Position numbers and translations under genes: made by a program. A model generated the notes under the pieces. It did no database searches. It had not been told where the DNA came from and saw nothing but the letters and a program-made list of their open reading frames with translations. A stretch of 64,000 bases of DNA, from assembly GCA_963732385.1 (NCBI GenBank), contig CAVSZB010000008.1:192001-256000 (forward strand), given 5' to 3'. Below are positions 1-8,778 of the stretch, in pieces (positions within the stretch are counted from its first letter, which is position 1; each line of letters begins with the position of its first letter). Source of the stretch: an uncultured bacterium. Lineage in GTDB: Bacteria; Krumholzibacteriota; Krumholzibacteriia; LZORAL124-64-63.

Positions 1-165
1 AGATTCTCTGGCGAAACACCGGCGTTATGGTTTTTTCCGGCCCCGTGGCGCAAGTCAGGGCAGTTCGCTGCCACGCCCCCGTGAAGTCCCTCTCGGTCGA
101 GGACAGCGGGCACACCGAGAAGTGACTGTATCGGGGAATTCGGCCTGCCCTTTCCGCGGACAAAT

Positions 166-183
166 ATTTTAGAGCACTAAAAT
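166..183. promoter_or_regulatory. Palindrome ATTTTAG-N4-CTAAAAT, candidate enhancer (bEBP) site
   Basis: Perfect 7-bp inverted repeat in an AT-rich patch about 105-120 bp upstream of a sigma54-like -24/-12 element. Confidence 0.4.
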
Positions 184-286
184 TTCTTTACACACAACCT
201 CGCCTCCGTTGGAGCGCAGGCCGCGCGCCATGTATTTAAGTACATGAATGAAAGCAGTTTAGTCGTTTCGCCAGCCCCGCCATTTC

Positions 287-302
287 AGGTACGCGAATTG
301 CT
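287..302 (+). promoter_or_regulatory. sigma54 (-24/-12) promoter candidate
   Basis: AGGTACG-CGAA-TTGCT; GG(288-289) to GC(300-301) spacing is the canonical 12 nt. Confidence 0.6.
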
Positions 303-312
303 AATTTTTTGT

Positions 313-455
313 CAGATGGCGGACACCCGATACCGCCGGCAGGGTGCGGAAGCGTGTCACGAGGGATATCCGCATTCGCCGGCGGCAGCAGACAACGATT
401 CCCCCACGTGTGGATGGATGGGCGGGCCGGTCACTCACTCCGGCCCGCCTCGTTG
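313..455 (+). ncRNA. Candidate structured small RNA or leader
   Basis: 17-bp stem 333-350/369-385 (one bulge, two G-U pairs) and 10-bp hairpin 421-430/440-449 directly downstream of the sigma54 motif. Confidence 0.35.
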
Positions 456-569
456 TGTGCGAGGACGCGGACGGTGTGGACAGCCGCGCCCGGACGGTGC
501 TAGCGTCCCCCGCACCATTGCGAACCGGGGCGTGATCCGGAAGCGGTCCGTGCCCCAGGGGGAGACCGC

Positions 570-2120
570 TTGAGTCCGGATCGTTGTTCGATTCTCGTCT
601 GTGACGACAACCTCGACCACCTCGCGCTCCTCAAGCGGGAGCTTGAGCGCCACTCACCGACGTTCCAGGTTACGACCGTCTCGAGCGCCCAGGTTTTCCG
701 TCAGGAACTGGCGAGTGCCTCCCCTGATGTGGTGATCATCGACGACCTGCTGCGCGAAGTGAACGGCCTGGACCTGTTGCGCGAAGTGATCGCGCAGCAC
801 CCCGACACGGTGGCGATCATGATCACCGGCGCGGGGAACGAGGATGTCGCGGTGCAGGCGCTCAAGTCGGGCGCCGGTGACTGCGTAATCAAATCGAGCG
901 GAAGCTTCGCCCTGGTGCCTTTGGTCGTGGCGCGGGCCCTGGAGCGCAAGGCTTTGCTCGCGAGCAGGATCGCGCTGGAGGGGGGGGGCGGACGGGCCTC
1001 CCGGCTCCACGTGCTCGGTACGCTCGCTCTGGGCGTGGCCCATGATCTGAACGGTCTGCTGGGGGCGATTCTGGGGCGCGCGGAATCGTTGCGCCAGAAG
1101 GCCGGTGTGGATTCCGCGCGGGAGTTGGGGGTCATCGAATCTGCGGCCCGTGACGCTGCTGACATCGTTGGCCGCGTGCTCGACTTCGCCGCCGGTCGTT
1201 CGTCGCCGCCGTCCGTAGCCGTGCCGCTCGCGGCCGCGGTGCGCGATTGCCTCGAGTTCACGCGTGCACGCTGGGAAGCCGACGCTCGGCGGCGCGGGGT
1301 CGCCTATCAGCTCGCTTTGGATCTGCCCGAGGATCTGGAGATCGCAGCGCAGCCCGCCGCGGTGCGCGAGGTGATCACGAACCTGATCGTCAATGCACTC
1401 GAGGCGATGCCGGAAGGGGGCACGCTGTCCGTGCGAGCCCGGCACGACGAACGCCAGGCCCATCTGTTCGTGCAGGACACCGGCGTGGGGATGACCCGCG
1501 CGCAGATCGACGGGCTGTTCGACGCCTGTCGCGGCTCGGAAAAGCCGGGTGGTCACGGCATCGGTCTGGCCACCTGCCGGGCTCTTCTGGAGGGGATGGG
1601 AGGGAGCATCCGGGTCGAAAGCGAGCTGGATGTCGGTACGACCTGCGAGGTCGTGATGCCGCTGCGCGCCGCGACGCCGCCCGCGTCGGCCGGGGCGGAG
1701 GTGTCTCCGGCCGCGCCCTCCTCCGCCGGGATACGGGTGCTGGTCGTGGACAATGAACCGCGCGTGGCGGAGCTCCTGGCGGATGTTCTGGTAGCGGATG
1801 GCCGGCGCGTCATGGTCGCTTTCAGCGGCGAAGAGGCGATGAGCAAGTTCGAGCCGGGCGGCTTCGATGTGATCTTCTGCGACCTCTCCCTGCCCGGCAT
1901 GTCGGGGCTCGAGATGGCGCGCGCCGCACGGGCTCTCGATCCCGTGGTCGCCACGATTCTGGTCACCGGCTGGGGCGGGGAAAGGGAGCTCGCGGGCACG
2001 GCCGGAGCGGCCATCGACCTGACCGCGCTCAAGCCGCTCGACGTTGCGGCGATCCGCTCGTTAGCCGAGGAGGGGGCCAGTGTCGCTTCCGCGCGCCGGG
2101 GCGGCAATGCACTGTACTGA
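570..2120 (+). CDS. Hybrid sensor histidine kinase (REC-HisKA-HATPase_c-REC)
   Basis: N-terminal REC (ILVCDD..IIDD..K), H-box AHDLN, N-box NLIVNA, DTGVGM, GHGIGL, C-terminal REC; TTG start after a GGGGAG RBS. Confidence 0.9.
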   Translation: MSPDRCSILVCDDNLDHLALLKRELERHSPTFQVTTVSSAQVFRQELASASPDVVIIDDLLREVNGLDLLREVIAQHPDTVAIMITGAGNEDVAVQALKSGAGDCVIKSSGSFALVPLVVARALERKALLASRIALEGGGGRASRLHVLGTLALGVAHDLNGLLGAILGRAESLRQKAGVDSARELGVIESAARDAADIVGRVLDFAAGRSSPPSVAVPLAAAVRDCLEFTRARWEADARRRGVAYQLALDLPEDLEIAAQPAAVREVITNLIVNALEAMPEGGTLSVRARHDERQAHLFVQDTGVGMTRAQIDGLFDACRGSEKPGGHGIGLATCRALLEGMGGSIRVESELDVGTTCEVVMPLRAATPPASAGAEVSPAAPSSAGIRVLVVDNEPRVAELLADVLVADGRRVMVAFSGEEAMSKFEPGGFDVIFCDLSLPGMSGLEMARAARALDPVVATILVTGWGGERELAGTAGAAIDLTALKPLDVAAIRSLAEEGASVASARRGGNALY

Positions 2121-2172
2121 TCGCACATTCTAATCATCCGACAACCCACGGTTCTGGCGGTGGTTTTTCCCG

Positions 2173-2245
2173 TTGACAGTATCCTCGGTCGCCTTGACAA
2201 CTACCCATCTTTGGATTATTCATAAAAGACGATTTTCGTATTCAG
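2173..2245 (+). promoter_or_regulatory. Promoter region of the fur-feo operon, with a possible degenerate Fur box
   Basis: TTGACA at 2173-2178 and 2194-2199, followed by AT-rich TATTCATAAAAGACGATTTTCGTATTCA. Confidence 0.35.
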
Positions 2246-2306
2246 AATCAGACGGGCCACCTCGCATCAGGCCCAGTAGGGTGGTTTCAAGCCTCGGAGG
2301 TGTCAA

Positions 2307-2804
2307 ATGGAAGCGGAAATGACGAAGGAAATGGATGACCAGGCGATCCGGCAGAAAGAAAAGGCTTTCCAGGATTACATTCAGACAAAAGGTCTGAAGA
2401 CCACACGTCAGCGCAATACGATTGTTGGTGTCTTCTTCCGCCTGCACGGGCACATCTCCGTGGAGGAACTCCTGCGCGAGGTCAAGAAGGTCAACCCGAA
2501 GATCGGGTACGCGACGGTCTACCGGACGCTGCATCTGCTGACGGCGAGCGCACTGGTCGAAGAGCGGCGATTTGGCGACGGACTGGCGCGTTACGAGGGA
2601 CGTTCGGAAGTGGAGCATCACGATCACATGATCTGTCTGGATTGCGGCCAGATTTCCGAGTTCTTCAATCCCCACATCGAGGCGCTTCAGGAGAAGCTGG
2701 CCCACGACCACAAATTCAAAATCTATCGCCACCGTCTCGAGCTTTACGGCTCCTGTGAGGACGCCGAATCGTGCCAGCGCCGGCGCCGGAAGGTCGGCGA
2801 CTAG
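2307..2804 (+). CDS. fur: Fur-family transcriptional regulator
   Basis: GLKTTRQR, H-S-EEL, ATVYRTL, HHDHMICLDCG, C-terminal CxxxxxC. Confidence 0.92.
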   Translation: MEAEMTKEMDDQAIRQKEKAFQDYIQTKGLKTTRQRNTIVGVFFRLHGHISVEELLREVKKVNPKIGYATVYRTLHLLTASALVEERRFGDGLARYEGRSEVEHHDHMICLDCGQISEFFNPHIEALQEKLAHDHKFKIYRHRLELYGSCEDAESCQRRRRKVGD

Positions 2805-2819
2805 AGCACGACGCGACGG

Positions 2820-4820
2820 GTGGTTCCCGACCCGGAAGCGAGCGCTCGGAATATGGACACCGCCACCGCGGGCGTGGCCGGGGATGTGCTGCTGCTCGTC
2901 GGCAACCCGAACGTCGGCAAAAGCGCCCTCTTCAGCCACCTGACAGGCAAGTACGTCACCGTTTCGAACTACCCCGGCACGACCGTCGATCTGACGCGCG
3001 GCCGCCACCGGGGCGACGGGCGCGAATACGAAGTCGTCGATACGCCGGGCGTCTACTCACTGCACCCGCAGTCCGAGGATGAACTGGTCACTCGCGACCT
3101 GCTGCTCGCCAACCCTCACGCCACCGTGATCCTGGTCCTGGACGCCAAGAACCTGGCGCGGGGACTCCTGCTCGCCCAGCAGCTCGGGGAGTTGGGCACG
3201 CCGTTCTGCGTGGCGCTCAACATGGCCGACGAGGCGCTCAGCCAGGGTCTGCGGATCGACGAGACCGCTCTGGCGGAAGCGCTCGGCGTGCCGGTCGTGT
3301 CGACCGTCGCCACGTCCGGACGCGGGGTCGATGCCCTGGCCCTCGTGATTGCGGAGGCCCGGGTGGGGCTTTTCCGCGGCGTCTTCCGGGGAGAAATCGA
3401 AACCGCCCTTTCCGGCCTCGCCGCGGTGTTGACGGAGGCCGCCGGGGCGTCGTCCGCCCGGCTGCTGGCGCTGGCGGCGCTGCAGGAACCGGCCTCGCTG
3501 CCGGCGTCCCTGCGCGCGGCGCTCGGCCCGGAGGGGTTCGCGCGTATCGAGGCGATTGCCGGTCCGGTGCGACGGCTCTACAACGTTCCTTTGGCGAGCG
3601 CACTCACCGCCACGCGGCTGGGCGAGGTCGGCGCTTTGGTGCGGCGGGTCCAGAACCGCCCGGCGGGGGGACCGGGCGGTCTGGCCTCGCGTCTGGGCAC
3701 GATCGCCGTGCATCCGGTGGGCGGCCTGTTCGCCGCCCTGGGCGTGCTGCTCGCCGTCTACGGATTCGTGGGGATGTTCGGGGCCGGCCTGCTCGTAGGC
3801 TGGCTGGAGAACGGGCTGTTCGGTCACCTGCTCAATCCCCTGCTCACCGCTGCCGTGGTCCGCTGCGTGCCGTGGACGCCGCTGCGGGATTTTTTCGTGG
3901 GCGAGTACGGGTTGTTCACCATGGCGCTCACCTACAGCCTGGCGATCATTTTGCCGGTCGTCGGCACCTTCTTCATCGCGTTCGGTGTGCTGGAGGACTC
4001 GGGGTACATGCCGCGCCTGGCGGTGATGGCCAACCGTTTCTTCCGCCGCATGGGTCTTCACGGCAAGGCGGTCCTGCCGATGATCCTGGGCCTCGGCTGC
4101 GACACGATGGCCACTCTCACCGCGCGCATCATGGAGACCCGCAAGGAGCGCATCCTCGTCACCCTGCTGCTTGCCCTCGGGGTGCCGTGCTCCGCGCAAC
4201 TCGGCGTGATCCTCGGCATGCTCGGCACGGTGTCGTTCGGCGGCGTGCTGATCTGGGTGGGGGTCGTGACGATGGTCATGCTGACCACCGGCGCCGTGGC
4301 TGCGCGTGTGCTGCCGGGGGCCGGCAGCGATTTCATTCTCGAGCTGCCGCCGATGAGGGTGCCCGGAATCCGCAACATCCTGATCAAGACCGGCGCGCGC
4401 CTCGAGTGGTACCTGAAGGAAGCGGTGCCGCTCTTCGTGCTGGGCACGATCCTGCTGTTCGCGCTCGATCGTCTGCACGTGCTGGTCTCGATCCGCAACG
4501 TGTCGGCGCCGGTCGTGCAGGCGCTGCTCGGTCTGCCGGAGCGGGCCACCGATGCGTTTCTCATCGGCTTCCTGCGCCGCGACTACGGTGCGGCGGGACT
4601 GTTCGATCTGCAGCGGCAGGGGCTGATGGACGGCCGGCAGGTCGTGGTAAGTCTCGTGGTCATCACCCTGTTCGTGCCGTGCATCGCGAATTTCTTAGTG
4701 ATGATCAAGGAGCGCGGCCTGCGCACGGCGCTGGCCATCGCGGGCGTGATCGTGGTGATCGCCCTGGGTGTCGGCGGTGCGCTGAACTGGTCCCTGCGCC
4801 TGTTGGGGGTCGAGCCTTGA
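2820..4820 (+). CDS. feoB: Ferrous iron transporter FeoB (start may be ATG 2853)
   Basis: GNPNVGKS, NYPGTTV, DTPG, NMAD G-motifs; LEDSGYMPR, LGLGC, VPCSAQ, ELPP, FVPCIA gate motifs. Confidence 0.95.
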   Translation: MVPDPEASARNMDTATAGVAGDVLLLVGNPNVGKSALFSHLTGKYVTVSNYPGTTVDLTRGRHRGDGREYEVVDTPGVYSLHPQSEDELVTRDLLLANPHATVILVLDAKNLARGLLLAQQLGELGTPFCVALNMADEALSQGLRIDETALAEALGVPVVSTVATSGRGVDALALVIAEARVGLFRGVFRGEIETALSGLAAVLTEAAGASSARLLALAALQEPASLPASLRAALGPEGFARIEAIAGPVRRLYNVPLASALTATRLGEVGALVRRVQNRPAGGPGGLASRLGTIAVHPVGGLFAALGVLLAVYGFVGMFGAGLLVGWLENGLFGHLLNPLLTAAVVRCVPWTPLRDFFVGEYGLFTMALTYSLAIILPVVGTFFIAFGVLEDSGYMPRLAVMANRFFRRMGLHGKAVLPMILGLGCDTMATLTARIMETRKERILVTLLLALGVPCSAQLGVILGMLGTVSFGGVLIWVGVVTMVMLTTGAVAARVLPGAGSDFILELPPMRVPGIRNILIKTGARLEWYLKEAVPLFVLGTILLFALDRLHVLVSIRNVSAPVVQALLGLPERATDAFLIGFLRRDYGAAGLFDLQRQGLMDGRQVVVSLVVITLFVPCIANFLVMIKERGLRTALAIAGVIVVIALGVGGALNWSLRLLGVEP

Positions 4821-5029
4821 CATCGCCGGGAGACGCATCGACCATCCGGTGTCCGTTGTGCGGCTACTGCTTCGCCCTGAGTGACCTGTCCTGTCACGCG
4901 CACTGTCCGCTCAGCCGCGGTTGCCGGGTCATCTGCTGCCCGCACTGTTCACTCAGTTTTCTCGGTCCGCGGCGACCGGCGGTTCCGGCGCCCCGGCGGG
5001 AAGGACTCTGGCACCGGTTATGGAAATGA
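4817..5029 (+). CDS. Small 9-Cys protein (70 aa), feoB-associated metal- or Fe-S-binding candidate
   Basis: TTG start overlaps the feoB stop (TTGA) and its stop overlaps the next ATG (ATGA); CPLCGYC-x7-CHAHCP-x4-C-x3-CCPHC. Confidence 0.75.
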   Translation: MTSPGDASTIRCPLCGYCFALSDLSCHAHCPLSRGCRVICCPHCSLSFLGPRRPAVPAPRREGLWHRLWK

Positions 5030-5682
5030 CCCACCGCGAAGCCCTGGAGGATCTGCTGGAGGCGGTCTGGCTCCGTCGGGAGGTGGGGCGTACGTTCGCC
5101 CTGGCGCGCCATACGGTCCGTCCGGAGAGCCCCGACCTGGCCGAGGTCGCGCGGAGGCTGGCGGACGAGGGCCTGCTGGCCGTGGATGAGGGGAAGGTCA
5201 CGCTCACTGCGGCGGGTGAGGCGCTGGCGGAGTCCGTGGTGCGGCGTCACCGGCTTGCCGAGCGGCTCTACACGGATCTCCTGCAGGGCAACGAGGCGGG
5301 CCAGCAGTCTTTCGCCTGTCGCTTCGAGCACATCCTGAGCGAGGAGGTGACCGTGGCGGTCTGCACGCTGCTCGGCCATCCGCCCACCTGTCCGCACGGC
5401 CACCGGATCCCGCCGGGCGACTGTTGCCGGCGGGCGGCGCGCGAGGTGCGGCCGGTCGTGCGTCCGCTCAGCGAATTCCCGCCCGGTGCGTCGGTGCGTA
5501 TCGTTTTCCTGACGCCGAGCTTCCATCAGCGTCTCGACCGCCTGAGCAGTTTCGGCGTGCTGCCGGGAGCGGTCGTGCGTCTCCATCAGAAGCACCCGGC
5601 CTGCGTGCTGCGCGTGGGCGCGACGGAGGTGGCTCTTGAGCGGGAAGTGGCGGGAGAGATCTATGCCATCGGCGTCGACTGA
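5026..5682 (+). CDS. DtxR/MntR-family metal-dependent regulator with C-terminal FeoA/SH3 domain
   Basis: EDLLEAVW, LTAAG, RRHRLAERL, ACRFEHILS, LGHPPTCPHG; tail RLSSFGVLPG..V is FeoA-like. Confidence 0.88.
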   Translation: MTHREALEDLLEAVWLRREVGRTFALARHTVRPESPDLAEVARRLADEGLLAVDEGKVTLTAAGEALAESVVRRHRLAERLYTDLLQGNEAGQQSFACRFEHILSEEVTVAVCTLLGHPPTCPHGHRIPPGDCCRRAAREVRPVVRPLSEFPPGASVRIVFLTPSFHQRLDRLSSFGVLPGAVVRLHQKHPACVLRVGATEVALEREVAGEIYAIGVD

Positions 5683-6850
5683 TCCGTCGCGGCCGCCCGC
5701 TCCGGATGGGGACGAGAGCTGGCTGCGCATCGCCGTCGACCGCGCGGCGCTGCGGCACAACGCCGCGCTGTTCCGCGCTCTGGCGCCGCCGCCCGTGCGT
5801 CTGCTGGCCGTGGTCAAGGCGGACGGCTACGGCCACGGTATCGTCATCGCCGCGCGCGCGTTTCTGGACGGCGGCGCCGACCTGCTCGGCGTGCACGCCG
5901 TGGCTGAGGCGCAGGCCCTGCGCGCCGCCGGCCTGCAGGCACCGATCCTGATCCTCGGTCCGCTGCCCGGACCGGGGGTGGCGCGGGCGCGGAGACTCGG
6001 CTGTGAGATCACGATCGGCTCGCTGGCGGGACTGGACGCCGCGGTGGCGGCCGGGTCGCCGGGGGACGATCCGCTGCCGGTCCACCTGAAGGTGGAGACC
6101 GGCGTGAACCGGCAGGGAATCGTGGAGGGTGAACTCGATGCCGCCCTGGCGCGTCTGGCCGGCGCGCCGGGCCTGCGGCTGAGCGGGCTGAGCAGCCACT
6201 TCGCCGACATCGAAGACACCACTGATCACGCGTTCGCCAGCGCGCAGATGGCGCGCTTCGAGGCGTGGCGGGCGGCGCTCGCGGCGCGCGGTCACGGCGA
6301 CCTGGAACACCACATGTCGTGCAGCGCGGCGGCCATCCTGTGGCCCGAGTCGCACCGGGCGCTGGTGCGGGTCGGGGTGTCGGCGTACGGGATCTGGCCC
6401 TCTCGGGAGAGCCGGGTGTCGGCGCGCGTCGCCGGCCGCGGCGAACTGGCGCTGCGGTCCGCGCTGACCTGGACCTGCGGCGTCTCCCAGGTCCGCACGG
6501 TGCCGGCGGGCGAGACCGTGGGCTACGGGCGTGCCTGGAAGGCGCCGGTGGAGAGCCGCATCGCCCTGCTGCCGGTCGGCTACGCGGACGGCTGGCCACG
6601 CGCCCTCTCCAGCCGGGCGCATGTCCTGCTGCGCGGCGAGCGGGCGCCGCTGCGCGGCCGGATCTGCATGAACCTCTGCATGGCGGATGTGACCCACATC
6701 CCCGGCGTGACGGCGGGCGATCGCGCCGTGCTGCTCGGGCGTCAGGGCGAGGAAACCATCAGCGCGGAAATGCTGGCCGAATGGCTCGGCACCATTCCGT
6801 ACGAGGTGCTGACGTTGCCCGGGGCTTCCTGGGTGAGGACGGCGGTCTGA
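5663..6850 (+). CDS. alr: Alanine racemase
   Basis: AVVKADGYGHG (PLP Lys), HLKVETGVNRQG, SHFA, VGYG, GYADG, GRICM, TIPYE. Confidence 0.93.
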   Translation: MPSASTDPSRPPAPDGDESWLRIAVDRAALRHNAALFRALAPPPVRLLAVVKADGYGHGIVIAARAFLDGGADLLGVHAVAEAQALRAAGLQAPILILGPLPGPGVARARRLGCEITIGSLAGLDAAVAAGSPGDDPLPVHLKVETGVNRQGIVEGELDAALARLAGAPGLRLSGLSSHFADIEDTTDHAFASAQMARFEAWRAALAARGHGDLEHHMSCSAAAILWPESHRALVRVGVSAYGIWPSRESRVSARVAGRGELALRSALTWTCGVSQVRTVPAGETVGYGRAWKAPVESRIALLPVGYADGWPRALSSRAHVLLRGERAPLRGRICMNLCMADVTHIPGVTAGDRAVLLGRQGEETISAEMLAEWLGTIPYEVLTLPGASWVRTAV

Positions 6851-6860
6851 AGGAGGCATC

Positions 6861-7355
6861 GTGCTCGACGGGATTCGCGGTTTCTTCTCCGCGCATGTGG
6901 CCCCGGCGGCGCCGGGGGTTCAGGGGGCGTCCGAGCGCCGGATCGAGGTCGCCGTCTGCGTCCTGCTGCTGGAGGCGGCGCATGCCGACGCGGATTTCTC
7001 GGCTGCGGAGCGGGAACTCATCGGCACGTTGCTCGGCGAGCGCTTCAGCCTGGCCGGCCCGGAGGTGCGCGAACTGATGACGCTGGCGGAAGCGGAACGC
7101 GCCCGCAGCACGGACCTGTACGGATTCACGCGCCTGATTGCGCAGACCTACGACGATGCGGGCAAGCTCACGCTGCTCGAGTTGCTCTGGCGGGTGATCT
7201 ACAGCGATGAGCGTCTGGAAGCCCATGAGGATGCATTGATGCACAAGCTGGCTCACCTGCTCGGCCTGCACCACGCTGACCTGATCGCCCTGAAGCTCCG
7301 CGTCAAGGAGAGCCGGGGAGCACGCGGCGCCCCCGAGGCGATGCCCGGGGATTGA
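6861..7355 (+). CDS. TerB-family (tellurite resistance/DjlA-N-like) protein
   Basis: LLLEAAHADADF...DLYGFT...LWRVIYSD..EDALMHKLAHLLGL. Confidence 0.8.
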   Translation: MLDGIRGFFSAHVAPAAPGVQGASERRIEVAVCVLLLEAAHADADFSAAERELIGTLLGERFSLAGPEVRELMTLAEAERARSTDLYGFTRLIAQTYDDAGKLTLLELLWRVIYSDERLEAHEDALMHKLAHLLGLHHADLIALKLRVKESRGARGAPEAMPGD

Positions 7356-7455
7356 GTGACGACAGCGTGACGCTCGCTGTACCCCAGGCGGTCGCGCTGC
7401 TGCTCCAGGTACACTGTCGGCTGCATATCCAAACATCAATAGAGGCGCAAAGCCA

Positions 7456-7504
7456 TATCAAGCAGCTGATTATGGCGTGGGGAATTGCTGGCATCCGGAC
7501 TGCA
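7456..7504 (+). promoter_or_regulatory. IHF-like site plus sigma54 promoter candidate
   Basis: TATCAA-GCAG-CTG (7456-7468, one mismatch to WATCAANNNNTTR); TGGCATC-CGGA-CTGCA (7489-7504) with 12-nt GG/GC spacing. Confidence 0.5.
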
Positions 7505-7581
7505 TGCAGTCCGCGCTGGCGATGCAGCCGCCGTTTTCCGGCGACACCACTATGGAACGATCCTGACGCGGAGGTTGATAC

Positions 7582-8709
7582 ATGAAGCTGCGGACCCCGA
7601 TGCTGCTGACCGGGCTGGTTCTGGTCGCTGCGCTTGGCCTGGCCGGTTGCGGCGCGGACCAGGCCACGACCACGGCCACCGACGGCACGACTGACGATTA
7701 TGCCGCCCTGGATCTGGACGCCGAATTCGGCGGTCTCACCGCGACCGACGAGGCCGCGGCGTTCGGCGACATCGCCCTGGAGCAGGCGGTCATGGCGGAG
7801 ATGGACGAAGTGGCGGCCGACCCCCTTGCTGCTGATCCGCAGGTGGCACAGCTCGAGGCGCTGGCCGTCGCCACCGGGGATGCCGCGATGGCCCCGCGGC
7901 CGCGCGTCACGTTCCTGCGCGTCGTGTGGGGTGTGCTGGACGCCCCCCCCGACACGCTTGGCACGCTGGATGAAGGGCCGGACCGGGTCGACTGGTCCGG
8001 TCGGATCCAGGTGGACCGCGGTCTGGTGATCGTGCGGCGCGTGATCAGTTTCGAGCGGCCCCGCGATTATCTGCTGCCCCGTCTTGACCGGCGCACCGTG
8101 GGTTGGGTATCGCACACCGGTCCGCGCAGCGACGGCCTCCTGATCGAGATCCTCGAGCCGCCGGTCCTGCCCGATTCCACGGGCGCCCTGCCGCCGCCTA
8201 ACCGGCTGCGGTTCCGGACGGCTCCCTACGGCGCGGAATTCATCGTCGAGGAGCTCGTTGGTCTCGACGCCACCTTCCCGGTCCTGCCGGAGGGAAATGC
8301 CATCCACTTCACCGGCTTCCGCCCCGACATCTGTCCGCGGGGCTTCCTGGCCGGTTTCTGGCAGTCCCACGGCGACTCGGCGGGGTCGTTCCGCGGCCGC
8401 TGGCTCGGCCTGCAGGGGCGCAGCGACGGTTTCCTGCGTGGCGGCTACGGCTATGACAGCGAGGGGCGCCGCGTTATGGCGGGCAAGTGGATCAGCACGG
8501 CCGGGCAGTTCCGCGGCCTGTTGCGCGGAACCTGGGAGCCGCTGCCCGTGCCAGGGCATGGGCGGTTTTTCGGCCAATGGGTGAACGCGGCCGGCACGGT
8601 GGATGGCGAATTTGGCGGCGAGTTCCTGGCCGCGCCGGAACGCCCGGGAGGTTTCTTCGCGGGTCGCTGGGGGACGCTCTGTCCCGGCGGGGATGTCCTG
8701 CCGGAGTAA
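7582..8709 (+). CDS. Hypothetical lipoprotein with C-terminal GxFxGxW beta-repeat region
   Basis: GGAGG RBS, lipobox LAGC, acidic N-terminal region, about 8 G-x-F/L-x-G-x-W/F strands. Confidence 0.8.
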   Translation: MKLRTPMLLTGLVLVAALGLAGCGADQATTTATDGTTDDYAALDLDAEFGGLTATDEAAAFGDIALEQAVMAEMDEVAADPLAADPQVAQLEALAVATGDAAMAPRPRVTFLRVVWGVLDAPPDTLGTLDEGPDRVDWSGRIQVDRGLVIVRRVISFERPRDYLLPRLDRRTVGWVSHTGPRSDGLLIEILEPPVLPDSTGALPPPNRLRFRTAPYGAEFIVEELVGLDATFPVLPEGNAIHFTGFRPDICPRGFLAGFWQSHGDSAGSFRGRWLGLQGRSDGFLRGGYGYDSEGRRVMAGKWISTAGQFRGLLRGTWEPLPVPGHGRFFGQWVNAAGTVDGEFGGEFLAAPERPGGFFAGRWGTLCPGGDVLPE

Positions 8710-8733
8710 CCACGGCAGTCGTGAGGGCGACAT

Positions 8734-8765
8734 CCGGGAGGCGGCCCGACCGGGCCGCCTCCCGG
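8734..8765. terminator. Hairpin between convergent genes
   Basis: CCGGGAGGCGGCCC-gacc-GGGCCGCCTCCCGG, perfect 14-bp stem. Confidence 0.7.
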
Positions 8766-8778
8766 CGTGAGGGCGGGG

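Noticed and set aside
5..75. GGCGAAAC...GGCGCAAG resembling a c-di-GMP-I riboswitch
   Set aside because: No GNRA-capped P2 stem or tetraloop-receptor stem could be built
244..573. Short ORFs upstream of the kinase
   Set aside because: They overlap promoter motifs and hairpins, have no clear RBS and no protein-like features
7473..7488. Alternative sigma54 motif TGGCGTG..TTGC
   Set aside because: GG-GC spacing is 13 nt rather than the required 12
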